Position numbers and translations under genes: made by a program. A stretch of DNA of 61,339 bases, counting the filler. It is 5 parts of 5 records of this genome, joined end to end, with 100 filler letters (N's around TTAATTAATTAA, not from the genome) between each part and the next. Parts side by side here need not be neighbours in the genome. Positions count along the whole stretch, not along the records: positions 13,140 to 35,698 come from SRR20825006_510; positions 35,799 to 44,401 come from SRR20825006_516; 3 more parts are not named here. One strand, 5' to 3'. The notes below the pieces were generated by a model that was not told the origin of the DNA, ran no database searches, and worked only from the letters and a program-made list of their open reading frames with translations. Positions 27,267 to 37,813 of this stretch are shown here, one piece after another (the first letter of the stretch is position 1; each line of letters begins with the position of its first letter).

Positions 27267-27965
27267 TCAGGCCTGCGCGTCCAGCCATGCGGCCAAATGG
27301 CCGATGTCGGGCAGAACCACGTCGGCCAAGGGGGAAAGTGTGGCGGTGTCGGCCAGCCCGGTCAGCACCGCAACCGTGCGCATGCCCGCCGCGCGTCCTG
27401 CATGCAGATCGTGCGTGCTGTCGCCGACCATGACCACCGTGCCGGGTTCAAGCCCCGTGTCCGCGCAAAAGGCCAGCAACTGCCCCGGCGCCGGCTTGCC
27501 GCCATGACCGCTGTCGAACCCTGCGATAAAGTCGAAATAGCCCGAGACGCCCGCGCCGTTCAGATGCGCCCGGGCCGGAACCTGTGCGTCATTGGTCGCC
27601 ACGCCCAGCTTGAGCCCCCGCGCGCGCAGGTCCGTCAGCAACGGGATCAGCGGCACGGCTTCGGCCTGGGGTGCTTTTGCGGCCTCTTCGTTCAGCGTGG
27701 CCAGCAAGTCGGGCATGGGAAGCTCAGGGAAATACGGGGCCAAGGCGGTCGCCACCTCTTGGGCCGTGCCCGCAATCACGATGCTGTCGCGGGAAAAGCT
27801 GCGGGTGTGCAGGTCGAAACCGATGACCGCGCCTGCCTGGGCGGCACGCTCGGTGTCGTTGTCACAGATGCGCAGCAGGAAGGATTCAGCCCAGGCTTCC
27901 CATGTGGCTGCGAAATCGAAAAGGGTGCCGTCCTTGTCGAAGATGATGCCGCGGATCTCGGTCAT
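27267..27965 (-). CDS. HAD-family hydrolase (phosphoglycolate phosphatase-like)
   Basis: FDKDGTL, ATND, KP, VGDSTHD. Confidence 0.88.
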   Translation of the reverse strand: MTEIRGIIFDKDGTLFDFAATWEAWAESFLLRICDNDTERAAQAGAVIGFDLHTRSFSRDSIVIAGTAQEVATALAPYFPELPMPDLLATLNEEAAKAPQAEAVPLIPLLTDLRARGLKLGVATNDAQVPARAHLNGAGVSGYFDFIAGFDSGHGGKPAPGQLLAFCADTGLEPGTVVMVGDSTHDLHAGRAAGMRTVAVLTGLADTATLSPLADVVLPDIGHLAAWLDAQA

Positions 27966-28249
27966 GTCCAGTTCACCTGTTCGCCACCCGGAAGCGCGGC
28001 GCGGGCGCGCATCGGCGTGTCATAGGACAGGCCGGCACTGTCGCAAAAGGCCACAACCCAGACATCGTCCATCATCACGAAATCCAGAACCGAGCCCAGA
28101 AAGGCCGGATCGGTTGCCCCGTTGCGCAGGTCGTCGGCACCGGCCCCGCTGGCCCCTTGGAACACCGGCAACAACTCTTCGTTGCCTGCCAGCCATGCCA
28201 GCGCCTGCAAGGCAACGGTTTCGGCGGAATTTGGCTTGGTCATCTTCAT
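27962..28249 (-). CDS. DUF3572 family protein
   Basis: AETVALQALAWLA...DPAFLGSVLDF; divergent from the PleD-like gene. Confidence 0.8.
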   Translation of the reverse strand: MKMTKPNSAETVALQALAWLAGNEELLPVFQGASGAGADDLRNGATDPAFLGSVLDFVMMDDVWVVAFCDSAGLSYDTPMRARAALPGGEQVNWT

Positions 28250-28353
28250 TCACCCGGTTTGAGGCCAATTTGAAATACTTTCTTAACCATTTGGCGACAG
28301 AAAGGAATAACCACGTAAACGAATGCGCGAATTTCATCGAAGGGGCATCGGTC

Positions 28354-29778
28354 ATGTATGCCAAGATCCTAATCGTGGACGCAATTGCGACCAACCGGAT
28401 CGTGCTGAAGGTCAAACTTGCAGCCGCGCAATATTACGTAATGCAAGCCAGCTCGCTGGCCGATGCGGCGCAGCAGGTTGCGATTTCACCGCCCGATCTG
28501 GTGATTTGCGCCATGTCCCTGCCCGATGGCACCGCCGCCGATCTGGTAAACCTGATGAATGACACGAAATGCGGCAGCGCGGCGCCGGTGATGGCCGTGG
28601 CACCGGGTATCGACGCAGGCGCACGGCTGGACCTGCTGGACGCCGGGGTCGAGGATGTCGTCACCGACATCTATCACGACGCCTTGTTGCTCGCGCGCGT
28701 GCGCAGCATGTTGCGCGCCCACAATGCCGCAACCGAATGGCAGATCCGCGACGACACCACGCGCGCACTGGGGATTGCTGAAAGCAGCCCGCCCTTCCTT
28801 GGGGTGCCTGATATTACGGTCGTCAGCACGAACCCGATGCTCAGCGCCCGCGCAATTGTCGACATGCGTGCCCAGATGACCGCCCGGCTGGTTTCAAGCC
28901 TGCCGGACAAGGCGCTGAAGCGCCATAACCACACCACGATCGATTCCGACACGTATAACACCGACGTTTTCATCCTGTTTGCCGATGGGACCAACGCCGA
29001 AGTGATGCTGTCGCTGTTGTCGTCGATCCGCTCGCATACTGCGACGCGGCACAGTGCGATTCTGTTTCTGTACCCCGAGGACGCGCCGATGCTGGCAGTC
29101 CGTGCGCTGGACTTGGGCGTAAGCGCGCTGACCCACACCAACCCCGACCCGCGCGAACTGGCAATCCGGGTGCGCAAGCTGATGCACCGCAAACTGCAGG
29201 CCGATCAATTGCGCGCCACCGTGCGCACGGGGCTCAAGGCCGCAGTCTGCGACCCGCTGACCGGCCTGCACAACCGGCGCTATGCCCTGCCCCATCTGGC
29301 GCGGCTGGCGGAACGGGCCGGAACCACGGGCCGACCGTTTGCGCTGATGCTGGCCGATCTGGATCATTTCAAAAGCGTCAACGACATTTACGGCCATGCC
29401 ACTGGCGATGCCGTTCTGGTCGAAACCGCCCGCCGTTTGTGCGAAAACCTGCGTGCCGTCGATCTGGTGGCGCGCGTCGGCGGAGAGGAATTTCTGATCG
29501 TCCTGCCGGGCGTCGGCCTGAAGGATGCCCGTCGCGCGGCGCGCCGGATCTGCCGCCACATCGGCAACACGCCTTTCGACACAAGGGGCGGACAGGCCAA
29601 GATCAAGGTCACGGTCAGCATCGGCCTGGCCATCGGCGGATCGCTCGTGGACGCGGCCCAGGCGGCGGAGGACCCTGACGAGGCGGCACGGGCGCTGATG
29701 GACCGCGCGGACAAGGCGCTGTATGCGGCGAAGGTCAAGGGACGCAACTGCGTGACGCTGAGCCGTCCGGCGGCTTGA
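28354..29778 (+). CDS. PleD-like REC-REC-GGDEF diguanylate cyclase
   Basis: KILIVD receiver start; DPLTGLHNRR, RAVD I-site, GGEEF. Confidence 0.88.
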   Translation: MYAKILIVDAIATNRIVLKVKLAAAQYYVMQASSLADAAQQVAISPPDLVICAMSLPDGTAADLVNLMNDTKCGSAAPVMAVAPGIDAGARLDLLDAGVEDVVTDIYHDALLLARVRSMLRAHNAATEWQIRDDTTRALGIAESSPPFLGVPDITVVSTNPMLSARAIVDMRAQMTARLVSSLPDKALKRHNHTTIDSDTYNTDVFILFADGTNAEVMLSLLSSIRSHTATRHSAILFLYPEDAPMLAVRALDLGVSALTHTNPDPRELAIRVRKLMHRKLQADQLRATVRTGLKAAVCDPLTGLHNRRYALPHLARLAERAGTTGRPFALMLADLDHFKSVNDIYGHATGDAVLVETARRLCENLRAVDLVARVGGEEFLIVLPGVGLKDARRAARRICRHIGNTPFDTRGGQAKIKVTVSIGLAIGGSLVDAAQAAEDPDEAARALMDRADKALYAAKVKGRNCVTLSRPAA

Positions 29779-29840
29779 TCCAGATGGGCTGCGCGTCCCG
29801 GCCTGGGCGTCTCTGACAGGATAGAGCGAGAAGCGGCGGC

Positions 29841-30344
29841 TTATTCCTTGGGCGGTTTGGATTTCTTGTCTTTTCCGCGACGCATGAATTCGCTGACATT
29901 ATCGGCATAGGCCGCACGGTCCTCGGGTGACATGGCCGCAACATGGGCCAGCCACGCGGTGTGCGCCGCAGATTGCACGGCAAGAGCTGCGGTGTTCTGC
30001 CGGTTCAGGATTGTCTCCACCTGTGCAGGGTCGAACGGCTCGGCCTTCAGCGCCTCGATCATCGCGGCATAGAGCGCGCGGCGGGCCTGACGGCTGTTGC
30101 TGTCTTTGGGCAACTGGTCGCGCACCGCGCGGAAAATCTCGCGCTGGTCATCACGGGGCAAGGCGCGCACGTAAGGGGTGGCATAGCTGATCATGCCCGG
30201 CCCCCGCGACGGCGGTCCGCCAAAGCGCGCAAAGGTGCCTGCCAGCACCCCGACCACTGCCAGGTTCAAGGCCAGCGAGACACCAAAAGCGATGCGCATC
30301 CAGCGTGGCGCACGGGTGCGCTGTGTTCTTTCGACGTCATCCAT
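29841..30344 (-). CDS. periplasmic heavy-metal-sensor / Spy-CpxP-like membrane-anchored protein
   Basis: SLALNL TM helix, PFD, MSPEDR; in the ECF operon. Confidence 0.7.
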   Translation of the reverse strand: MDDVERTQRTRAPRWMRIAFGVSLALNLAVVGVLAGTFARFGGPPSRGPGMISYATPYVRALPRDDQREIFRAVRDQLPKDSNSRQARRALYAAMIEALKAEPFDPAQVETILNRQNTAALAVQSAAHTAWLAHVAAMSPEDRAAYADNVSEFMRRGKDKKSKPPKE

Positions 30345-30711
30345 CAATATCGGTTCCTTCATCTTCGACCCAGCCATAGGCCAGAACCTCGACGGGCTCG
30401 GCTGTTTCATCCACCTGCTCTGCGACCAGCAGCGTCAGCGCCGCCTGCGGCAGGTAGTCCGGCGGGCTGAGACCGATCCAGAACCCTGCGCATGTGGCGG
30501 CCAGCAGACCACCGACACCCTGCCATCCGCCCATCAGCCCCGTGAACCATCCGCGTGCCCGCCCGGCCACGGCCCCGCCCGGCGCGGGTTGCATCGCCAG
30601 ACCGTCCGCCAGAACCCGCGCCATCAGCGCGTCGGGCAATTGCGGGGTGCCCGCGTCCTGCAGCCACTGGTCCAGTGCTGCATCGGTCGTATCGTGCCTA
30701 TCAGCTGTCAT
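30337..30711 (-). CDS. putative anti-sigma factor
   Basis: LMARVLAD plus one TM helix, directly after the ECF sigma gene. Confidence 0.65.
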   Translation of the reverse strand: MTADRHDTTDAALDQWLQDAGTPQLPDALMARVLADGLAMQPAPGGAVAGRARGWFTGLMGGWQGVGGLLAATCAGFWIGLSPPDYLPQAALTLLVAEQVDETAEPVEVLAYGWVEDEGTDIDG

Positions 30712-31291
30712 CGGAGTATCCCAACGCTTGTTTCTGCGGCGCCAGTGCCGCCTTGAGTGCCCGTTTCCCCCGTGCGGTCAGGCTTTCCACCGCTTCCACG
30801 CCCACGTCCAGAATGTCGGCAATCTCGGGGTTCGCCAAGCCTTCGATGTGGCGCAAGACAACCGCCTGGCGCTGCCGGTCGGGCAAGGTTTGCAAGGCGT
30901 CGGTCAATGCGTCCATGCGGGCGCGGGTTTGCAGCTGCCCTTCTGCGCCGGGCGCCGGATCGGCAGGTTCCGCGATGTCGTCCAGCGCAGGCCCGCCGCG
31001 CCGCTTGCGTAACCGGTCGGTGCACAGGTTGGCCGTGACCCGGAAAAGCCAGGTGGACACCTGCGCGCGGTCGGCCTCCCATTTGGGGGCGATCTTCCAC
31101 AGGCGCAGCATCGCGTCCTGTGCCACGTCCTCGGCCTCGGCGCGGTCGCCCAGAACCCGAAAGGCGTGGCCGAAAACGCGTGGTGTCAACCGCAGGGTCA
31201 ACGTGCGTGTCGCCGCCGCATCGCCACGCGCATAGCGTGCCAAAAGCGTGGCGTCATCGGTCTCGGTGTCCTGATCCAGTGGCATATCCAT
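30701..31291 (-). CDS. ECF RNA polymerase sigma factor
   Basis: AEDVAQDA, TWLFRV..N...D, LPDRQR..HIEGL..EIA. Confidence 0.92.
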   Translation of the reverse strand: MDMPLDQDTETDDATLLARYARGDAAATRTLTLRLTPRVFGHAFRVLGDRAEAEDVAQDAMLRLWKIAPKWEADRAQVSTWLFRVTANLCTDRLRKRRGGPALDDIAEPADPAPGAEGQLQTRARMDALTDALQTLPDRQRQAVVLRHIEGLANPEIADILDVGVEAVESLTARGKRALKAALAPQKQALGYSDDS

Positions 31292-31355
31292 TCCGGTCAG
31301 CGGTAGTGAAATGCAGCCCGCCACACAAGATGCGGCGGGCCTGTGTTGTCACGGA

Positions 31356-31841
31356 TCAGTTGTTCGCAGGCTTGTCGCCCTTGGGACCGTGGCCCTTGCG
31401 CATGTGCTGATCCATTTTCTTGGTCATCTCGGTGAACTCGGCCTCGGAAATGCCGCCGCTTTTGTCAGCATCCGCGCGTTCGAACATTTTCGCGCCGCGG
31501 TCGCCCTTGGGCTTCATTTCGTCCAGGCTCAGCTTGCCGTCCTTGTCCGCATCCAGACGCTCGACCATACGTGCATGGCGTTCCTTGGCACGGGCTGTCG
31601 CGGCGGCCACGGCTTCGTCTTCGCTGAAGATGCCGTCACCGTCGGTGTCGATCGTGGCCATCCGGGCAGCGCCATGCGCCTGCATTTCTTCCAGCGTGAT
31701 CTGACCGTCGGCGTTGGCGTCCAGATCGGAAAAGCTGGGGCGCTCGTGGCGCTCAGATCCGGTGCGTTCGGCCAGCACGGTTGTACCTGTGATCGAAACA
31801 GCGGCACCAATGACCGCGGCGATGAATGTCGTATGTTTCAT
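31356..31841 (-). CDS. secreted EF-hand calcium-binding protein
   Basis: Signal peptide; four DxD/NxDG-like loops. Confidence 0.88.
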   Translation of the reverse strand: MKHTTFIAAVIGAAVSITGTTVLAERTGSERHERPSFSDLDANADGQITLEEMQAHGAARMATIDTDGDGIFSEDEAVAAATARAKERHARMVERLDADKDGKLSLDEMKPKGDRGAKMFERADADKSGGISEAEFTEMTKKMDQHMRKGHGPKGDKPANN

Positions 31842-32068
31842 AAGCTCTTACTCCGGTTTCTTATTCGGAGACGGCGCTGTTCGCCGCCCCTTATGCACAG
31901 TAAAACGGGGCAGCCTGCGCATTCCGTCGGAAAAAGTTTCGCCCCTGTGCAAAAGCCGCAAAGTGCTTTGTTCGATCCCTATGCGCGACATCCCGACGCA
32001 ATGACAAAACGTGCCATTTCAATTCAACCGCGCATGGCTCATCCTCCTTTCAACAAACAGGACGCCTT

Positions 32069-32503
32069 ATGCGCGATGACCCTCAAATGGCTGAACAGAA
32101 CATGGCAGACGTAACAGTGAACGACCCACAAGCCCCCGCCGAGCAGAAAGCCTTTCCTGCCATGGTGCGCGGCTGGCGGAACCGGTGCCCCAATTGCGGG
32201 CAAGGCCGATTGCTGAAGGGATATCTGAAGGTATCGCCCGTCTGCACGGTCTGCCGTCAGGACCTGGCGCAGTTCAAGGCAGAGGACGGTCCGGCCTATC
32301 TGACCATCCTGATCGTAGGGCATTTGATGGCGCCGCTGCTGCATATCGCCTTTGTGACGTGGCGTCCTGAGCCTTTGGTGCTTTTTACGATCTTTGCGGT
32401 TGGCTGTGTCGCCTTGTCGCTTTACCTTCTGCCCAGACTGAAAGGGGCCATTGTCGGCTTCAAATGGGCACGCAAGATGACCGAGGACGCCACACCGGCT
32501 TGA
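32069..32503 (+). CDS. DUF983 family membrane protein
   Basis: RCPNCG.G.L...YLKV...C..C, DGPAY, two TM helices; start uncertain. Confidence 0.85.
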   Translation: MRDDPQMAEQNMADVTVNDPQAPAEQKAFPAMVRGWRNRCPNCGQGRLLKGYLKVSPVCTVCRQDLAQFKAEDGPAYLTILIVGHLMAPLLHIAFVTWRPEPLVLFTIFAVGCVALSLYLLPRLKGAIVGFKWARKMTEDATPA

Positions 32504-32540
32504 TCAGGATCTTGTGCGGCCTGTCGCATGAGGGCCAAAG

Positions 32541-33248
32541 ATGACCGCCGAACCAAAAATTGACAAAACCCAGATCCGCCACGCCGCCACGGTGATCGTG
32601 TTGCGTGACCGCTGGACCAGCCCGCGCATCCTGATGGGGCAGCGCGGGGCCAAGGCCGTGTTCATGCCCAACAAGTTCGTCTTTCCCGGCGGTGCGGTCG
32701 ATCCGGGCGATTACCACGTACCGCTGGCCGGTGCGCTGCCCGAGGGCTGTGCCGCGCGCATCAGCGAGGACAGCGCGCCCGACATGGCGCACGCCCTGTC
32801 CGTTGCTGCGATACGCGAATTGTTCGAGGAAACGGGACAGGTTCTGGGCCAGCCCGGTGACTGGGACACAGCCGTGCCCGAGGACTGGACCGACTTTGCC
32901 GAGACCGGACACGTGCCCCATGCCTCGGCCCTGCAATTCGTCTTCCGCGCCATCACGCCCCCGGGACGCCCGCGCCGGTTCGATGCGCGGTTCTTTCTGG
33001 TGGATGCAGATACGCTGGTGACCGATCCGGACGATTTCTCGGCCGCCTCGGACGAGCTGTCGCATTTGCAATGGGTCGGGCTGGACGATGTGCGCAGCTT
33101 TGACATGCCGTTCATCACCGAAGTGGTGCTGAGCGAGGTCCAGAAACGCGCCCAATCGGTCGAGCCGCCCGAGAGCGTGCCCTTCTTCAAGAACAACGAG
33201 GAAGAGAACCTGTTTCTGCGTCTGCGCGGGCATCTGCCCACCGACTAG
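32541..33248 (+). CDS. NUDIX hydrolase
   Basis: FPGGAVD...AAIRELFEETG. Confidence 0.88.
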   Translation: MTAEPKIDKTQIRHAATVIVLRDRWTSPRILMGQRGAKAVFMPNKFVFPGGAVDPGDYHVPLAGALPEGCAARISEDSAPDMAHALSVAAIRELFEETGQVLGQPGDWDTAVPEDWTDFAETGHVPHASALQFVFRAITPPGRPRRFDARFFLVDADTLVTDPDDFSAASDELSHLQWVGLDDVRSFDMPFITEVVLSEVQKRAQSVEPPESVPFFKNNEEENLFLRLRGHLPTD

Positions 33249-33250
33249 GG

Positions 33251-34153
33251 TCAGATCACCAGCACCAGCGTCAGGATCGACGCGCCCAGCACCGCCATGC
33301 CCGCCCATTCGCGCAGGCTGACCCGTTCGCGGAAGAACAGCACCGTGGCCATCAGGCTGAAGATCAGCTCGACCTGTCCCAGCGCGTTTACATAGGCCAC
33401 GTTCTGCAGGGTAAAGGCGGTGAACCAGCAGAACGATCCCAGCAGTGATGTCAGGCCGATCCACACCGCCACCCGGCGTGCGCGCCAGACGGCTGTCATC
33501 TGGCCTGCTTCGCGCAGGCGCAACCAGACCGCCATGCCAACAAGCTGCATCGCGGTCACGCAGGCCAGCGTCAGCCCCGCCCGCGCCAGCGGGTCCTCAA
33601 GCGGCAATTGCAGCGACGCGCCGCGATAGCACACACCGGAGACCGCGAAGAGGATACCAGACAGCAACCCCAGACCCGCCGCCCGGTTCGCCAGATCACG
33701 CAGGCCCCAGCGCACCAGATCCGGCGGAGCAGACAGCAGCAGCACGCCAAGCAGCCCCAGCGCAATCGCGCCGAACCCCGGCAGGCTCACGCCCTCTCCC
33801 AGCAGCACCCAGCCGACCAGAACGGTCTGGATCACTTCGGTTTTCTTAAAGGTGATCCCCACGGCAAAATTGCGCGCCTTGAACAACAGCACCACACAGA
33901 CCGTCGCCAGCACCTGTGCCAGCCCGCCAAAAGCACCGTACAGCCAAAAGGCCGCCGTGAGCGGTGGCCGTTCCTGTCCCGTGGTCTGAAAATAGGCATA
34001 GGCCAGCACGGCAACCAACGGCGCGGAATACAGGAACCGCGCAAAGGTAGCCCCCGCCGCAGACAGTTGCGTCGTCGCCAGCTTTTTCTGCAAGACGAAA
34101 CGCAGCGTCTGGAAAAACGCCGCAGCAAGGGTGATGGGAATCCAAAGGCTCAT
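33251..34153 (-). CDS. DMT/EamA family transporter
   Basis: About 10 hydrophobic helices in two repeats. Confidence 0.8.
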   Translation of the reverse strand: MSLWIPITLAAAFFQTLRFVLQKKLATTQLSAAGATFARFLYSAPLVAVLAYAYFQTTGQERPPLTAAFWLYGAFGGLAQVLATVCVVLLFKARNFAVGITFKKTEVIQTVLVGWVLLGEGVSLPGFGAIALGLLGVLLLSAPPDLVRWGLRDLANRAAGLGLLSGILFAVSGVCYRGASLQLPLEDPLARAGLTLACVTAMQLVGMAVWLRLREAGQMTAVWRARRVAVWIGLTSLLGSFCWFTAFTLQNVAYVNALGQVELIFSLMATVLFFRERVSLREWAGMAVLGASILTLVLVI

Positions 34154-34240
34154 GCCCCGTCTTGCCGCGAATTCCCTGCCTGCGCCAGACGAAACGTCTG
34201 GACGGCCCCCATCCACGGAATGGCGCTGCGCCGGGCCTGA

Positions 34241-34987
34241 TTACAGTTTGGGGTTCGGGTTCTCGGTGTGCCCGTCCACGGCAATCACCTGACCCGACAC
34301 CATCCGCGCCGCACTCGATCCCAGAAACACCGCCATATTGGCAATGTCCTGCGCCTCGACAAAGGACCGCATCGACGTCCCGGAGGCGTAGCCCTCGTAG
34401 ACCTCGTCGCGGGTCATCCCCTTGGCCTCGGCCTCGCGTTCCAGCACGCCTTCCATGCGCGGGCCTTCGACGCTGCCCGGACAGATCGCGTTGCAGCGTA
34501 TCCCGAACGGCCCCAGTTCCATCGCCAGCGTTTTCATCAGGCCTATCACCCCCCATTTCGCCGCCGCATAGGGCGAGCGGTAGGGATAGCCGAATTGCCC
34601 GGCTGTCGATGAGGTCAGGATCATTGCCCCGCCCCCCGCCTTTTTCATCAGGGGCGCCGCATATTTCGCCGCCAGGAAGGCCCCTTCCAGATTGACGCTG
34701 AAACAGGTGCGCCAGTCATCCAGCGATACGTCCTCGACCGCAGCGGTGGGCCCGGCGATGCCTGCATTGGCACAGACAACATCCACGGTGCCGATCCGGT
34801 CGAACACTTCGCGCATGTGGCCTTCGTCCGCGACATTGGCACCGATCCCGGTCCAGTCTTCGGGAAGGTCCGACAGAGCCGAACTGTCCAGATCGGTCAC
34901 CCAGACGTCGTACCCGGCGGTGTCAAAGGCATCGGCCATCGCGCGGCCGATGCCACGGGCCCCTGCGGTGATCAGAACCCGCCTCAA
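34241..34987 (-). CDS. SDR family oxidoreductase
   Basis: TAGARGIG, NAG, YAAAK, PG. Confidence 0.9.
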   Translation of the reverse strand: MRRVLITAGARGIGRAMADAFDTAGYDVWVTDLDSSALSDLPEDWTGIGANVADEGHMREVFDRIGTVDVVCANAGIAGPTAAVEDVSLDDWRTCFSVNLEGAFLAAKYAAPLMKKAGGGAMILTSSTAGQFGYPYRSPYAAAKWGVIGLMKTLAMELGPFGIRCNAICPGSVEGPRMEGVLEREAEAKGMTRDEVYEGYASGTSMRSFVEAQDIANMAVFLGSSAARMVSGQVIAVDGHTENPNPKL

Positions 34988-35698
34988 GGTCGCTGCCCCA
35001 CCGCACGCCCCATGCCAGCGGGCGCATCCAGCGCCGCGTGCGCGGTGGCGACCCGCTCCAGCGCCGACAGGATATGCGGCGCAGGTTCGGACGGGCGGCG
35101 TGTCTCAAGGCTGACGTGCAGCAGGAAATGCTCGCCCGTCGCCAGCAGGGTGTCACCCTCGTACATCTCGTGGAACAGGTGCATCTTTTTGCCCGCACCC
35201 GACAGCACCTGTGTGCGCACCTCGATGACCGCACCTGCCAGCGCCTCGTTCACGTGGCGGATGTGGGTTTCGGCGGTGAAATAGCTGCCGCCTGCGCTGA
35301 TGTAGTCCGTATCGCAGCCGATCATCTCCATAAAGCGGTCGGTGGCGTCACAGAAGGCCTGGAGATATCTGGATTCGTTCATGTGACCATTGTAATCGGT
35401 CCAGTCCAGCGGCACGGCGCGGTGCACGGTCAGAAGCGGTGCCGACACGTCGTCCAGATCGTCCACCCGTGCCGCCAACGGCGACCCCGCGCGCAACGTC
35501 TTTTCCTGCGCGTTCATCAAAGCACCCGCACCCCAATCCTGCGCCTTCAGCGCGCGCATCATCGCCACAAGGTTGGTGTCACGAATACGCTCAAGCTCGC
35601 GGATCGAATAGGCCCCTGACTGGTTATCGGACTGGCCTGCGATCAAATCCACCAGCTCGTCGGTGAACTCGGGCACATCCATCAGCTTGGTCCACGGC
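34984..35698 (-). CDS. L-carnitine 3-dehydrogenase with C-terminal thioesterase domain, 5'-truncated
   Basis: WTKLMDVPE, IRELERIRD, WTDYNGHMNESRY. Confidence 0.8.
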
Positions 35699-35798
35699 NN
35701 NNNNNNNNNNNNNNNNNNNNNNNNNNNNNNNNNNNNNNNNNNTTAATTAATTAANNNNNNNNNNNNNNNNNNNNNNNNNNNNNNNNNNNNNNNNNNNN
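35699..35798. other. artificial contig spacer
   Basis: N run with TTAATTAATTAA. Confidence 0.99.
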
Positions 35799-36021
35799 AG
35801 ATCGCCTTGCGCGAACGGGACCAATAATGGGCGATGCCGGTTTCCAGGGTCAGCGACAGGGTCTCGGCATTCATGTGCGCGACCATCAGGATGTCCTTGG
35901 TGCCGTCCTCGATGGTGACCACGGTCAGCAGACCATGGGCGTCAAAGCATGGGGCGAAGGTCGAGCCTTCTTCGAGGGCATCGTGATCCAAGGTCTTGGG
36001 ATCGGCAAAGGAGAGGGTCAT
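35799..36021 (-). CDS. hisI: phosphoribosyl-AMP cyclohydrolase, 3'-truncated
   Basis: FD..GL, LMVAHMN, YWSRSR. Confidence 0.88.
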
Positions 36022-36114
36022 GATCGGGCCAAGGGTCAGTGTTTCAGCGCCATCCATAGGCCGCATGGACCACCCGGACAAGCCGGGTGGTGTTGAGCTT
36101 GCGGCGCGATAGGG

Positions 36115-36951
36115 TCAGGGCGCCAGGCCGAACCAAACTTCGACATCGCCGGTTCCGGTACGGGTGTCAAAGCTCGGCCCATAATATTCGATGAAGCTAT
36201 GCACGGCTTCGTTCGGTTCGTGGCCATTGGCGCTCAACCACTGTTCGGCCGCGCCAATGGTCTGGCGCAGGCCCGAAACGTGGCCCGCATGAGTGAACCG
36301 GGCCCAGCGCAGGGGCGGAACCCTTACAAGAGTGATTTCGGGCGGCACCTCGGCGCCTGCGCGCATTTCCACGGCCACAAGATAGTCGAACAGGCCTTCG
36401 GGTGTGATTTCCCCGACCAGGCCATAGGCGGCGCCGGCAATGGCGCCATCGAGATTGCCGATATAGGGCTGGAAGCGCCGCCATTGTTCGGGAATTCCCA
36501 CCGGCATGCTCATCTTGTGCCGGTCGGCAATGCCGGCGAAGTGCATTTCTGGGCGATTTTCGAAGCGGGGCGGGGCAATGGTGGTCGTTGTGGTCGTATC
36601 CATTCTGAGAGGCTCCACGAGCAAAAGTCCTTCAAGACTGCACCTCTGTCGAACCATTTGCGGGGTGACCCCGAACTGATCGCGAAAGGCGCGGGTGAAT
36701 GCCTCATGCGAGCCGTAGCCGGCTTCCAGCGCCACCGACAGGATGTCGGGGGCGCCCTCGGCCAACAGGCGCGCCGCCTCGCTCAAACGTCTGGCCCGCA
36801 GATAGCCCGTCACAGAGTGACCGGTGACCAGGGGAAAGAGCCGAGAGAGATAGCTTTTGGACCGCCCGGTGACCAAGGCCAGCTCATCAAGGTCCAGCGG
36901 CTCGCGCGAGCGGCTTTCAAGAACCCAGAGCATTTCGGCGACTAAGGACAT
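36115..36951 (-). CDS. AraC-family regulator with GyrI-like effector domain
   Basis: GYLRARRLSEAA, GYGSHEAFTRAFRDQFGVTP. Confidence 0.9.
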   Translation of the reverse strand: MSLVAEMLWVLESRSREPLDLDELALVTGRSKSYLSRLFPLVTGHSVTGYLRARRLSEAARLLAEGAPDILSVALEAGYGSHEAFTRAFRDQFGVTPQMVRQRCSLEGLLLVEPLRMDTTTTTTIAPPRFENRPEMHFAGIADRHKMSMPVGIPEQWRRFQPYIGNLDGAIAGAAYGLVGEITPEGLFDYLVAVEMRAGAEVPPEITLVRVPPLRWARFTHAGHVSGLRQTIGAAEQWLSANGHEPNEAVHSFIEYYGPSFDTRTGTGDVEVWFGLAP

Positions 36952-37039
36952 GGCACGGACCCGGTTTGAGGCGGGTATCCTATGCCATGATGGCGACAAG
37001 CGCATTTGATCGCGCTTGTCATCTGATCTGACTGGATCG

Positions 37040-37663
37040 TCAGCGATGGCCGACCATGGCAAAGAACCGGTCCTGTTCCTGCCGGTCCTCGGCGAAAACA
37101 CCGGTGAAGCGGTGGGTGACGGTCTTGACGTCATGGGCCTTCACGCCACGCATGGTCATGCACATGTGCTCGGCTTCGAGCATCACGGCGGCACCGCGCG
37201 GGCCCAGATTTTCATTGATGGCGTCTATGATCTGCGCCGTCATGGTTTCCTGGGTCTGCAGGCGCCGGGCAAAGACTTCGACCAGCCGTGCCAGCTTTGA
37301 AAGGCCGACGACCCCTTCATGTGGGAGATAGGCAATGTGGGCCTGTCCGTAAAAGGGCACCATGTGATGTTCGCAATGGGCGTAGAAGGGGATGCCCTTG
37401 ACCAGCACCAGGTCGTCATAGCCGCCGACCTCCTTGAAGGTCTTGGACAAGACTTCGCCAGCGTCCTGGTCATAGCCGGCAAACAATTCACCATAGGCCT
37501 TGGCCACGCGCGCCGGCGTTTCCAGCAGGCCTTCGCGGCGCGGATCGTCCCCGGCCCAGGCAATAAGCGTGCGCACGGCCGCTTCGGCCTCTTCGCGCGA
37601 CGGGCGTGCAATTGGCTCGTCGGTTGCCTGAAGGGCAACGAGTGGCTTGGCTTGGGCGTCCAT
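37040..37663 (-). CDS. folE: GTP cyclohydrolase I
   Basis: [23 protein letters not shown]. Confidence 0.95.
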   Translation of the reverse strand: MDAQAKPLVALQATDEPIARPSREEAEAAVRTLIAWAGDDPRREGLLETPARVAKAYGELFAGYDQDAGEVLSKTFKEVGGYDDLVLVKGIPFYAHCEHHMVPFYGQAHIAYLPHEGVVGLSKLARLVEVFARRLQTQETMTAQIIDAINENLGPRGAAVMLEAEHMCMTMRGVKAHDVKTVTHRFTGVFAEDRQEQDRFFAMVGHR

Positions 37664-37813
37664 GGGTGTGGCTCCGTGCTATCCGACCGCTTTCCACTAC
37701 GCCGAAAGCGGCGTGTCAGATCATGACAGGAGCATATTCCCCTGACAGTCCGATGGAGACGACCTATATAGAAGCGGAACGAGACCGGAACAAGAAACAG
37801 AATTGTCGGGATT

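Noticed and set aside
27592-28353. 254-aa N-terminal extension of the PleD-like ORF
   Set aside because: Overlaps the HAD and DUF3572 genes on the other strand; the receiver domain starts at 28354.
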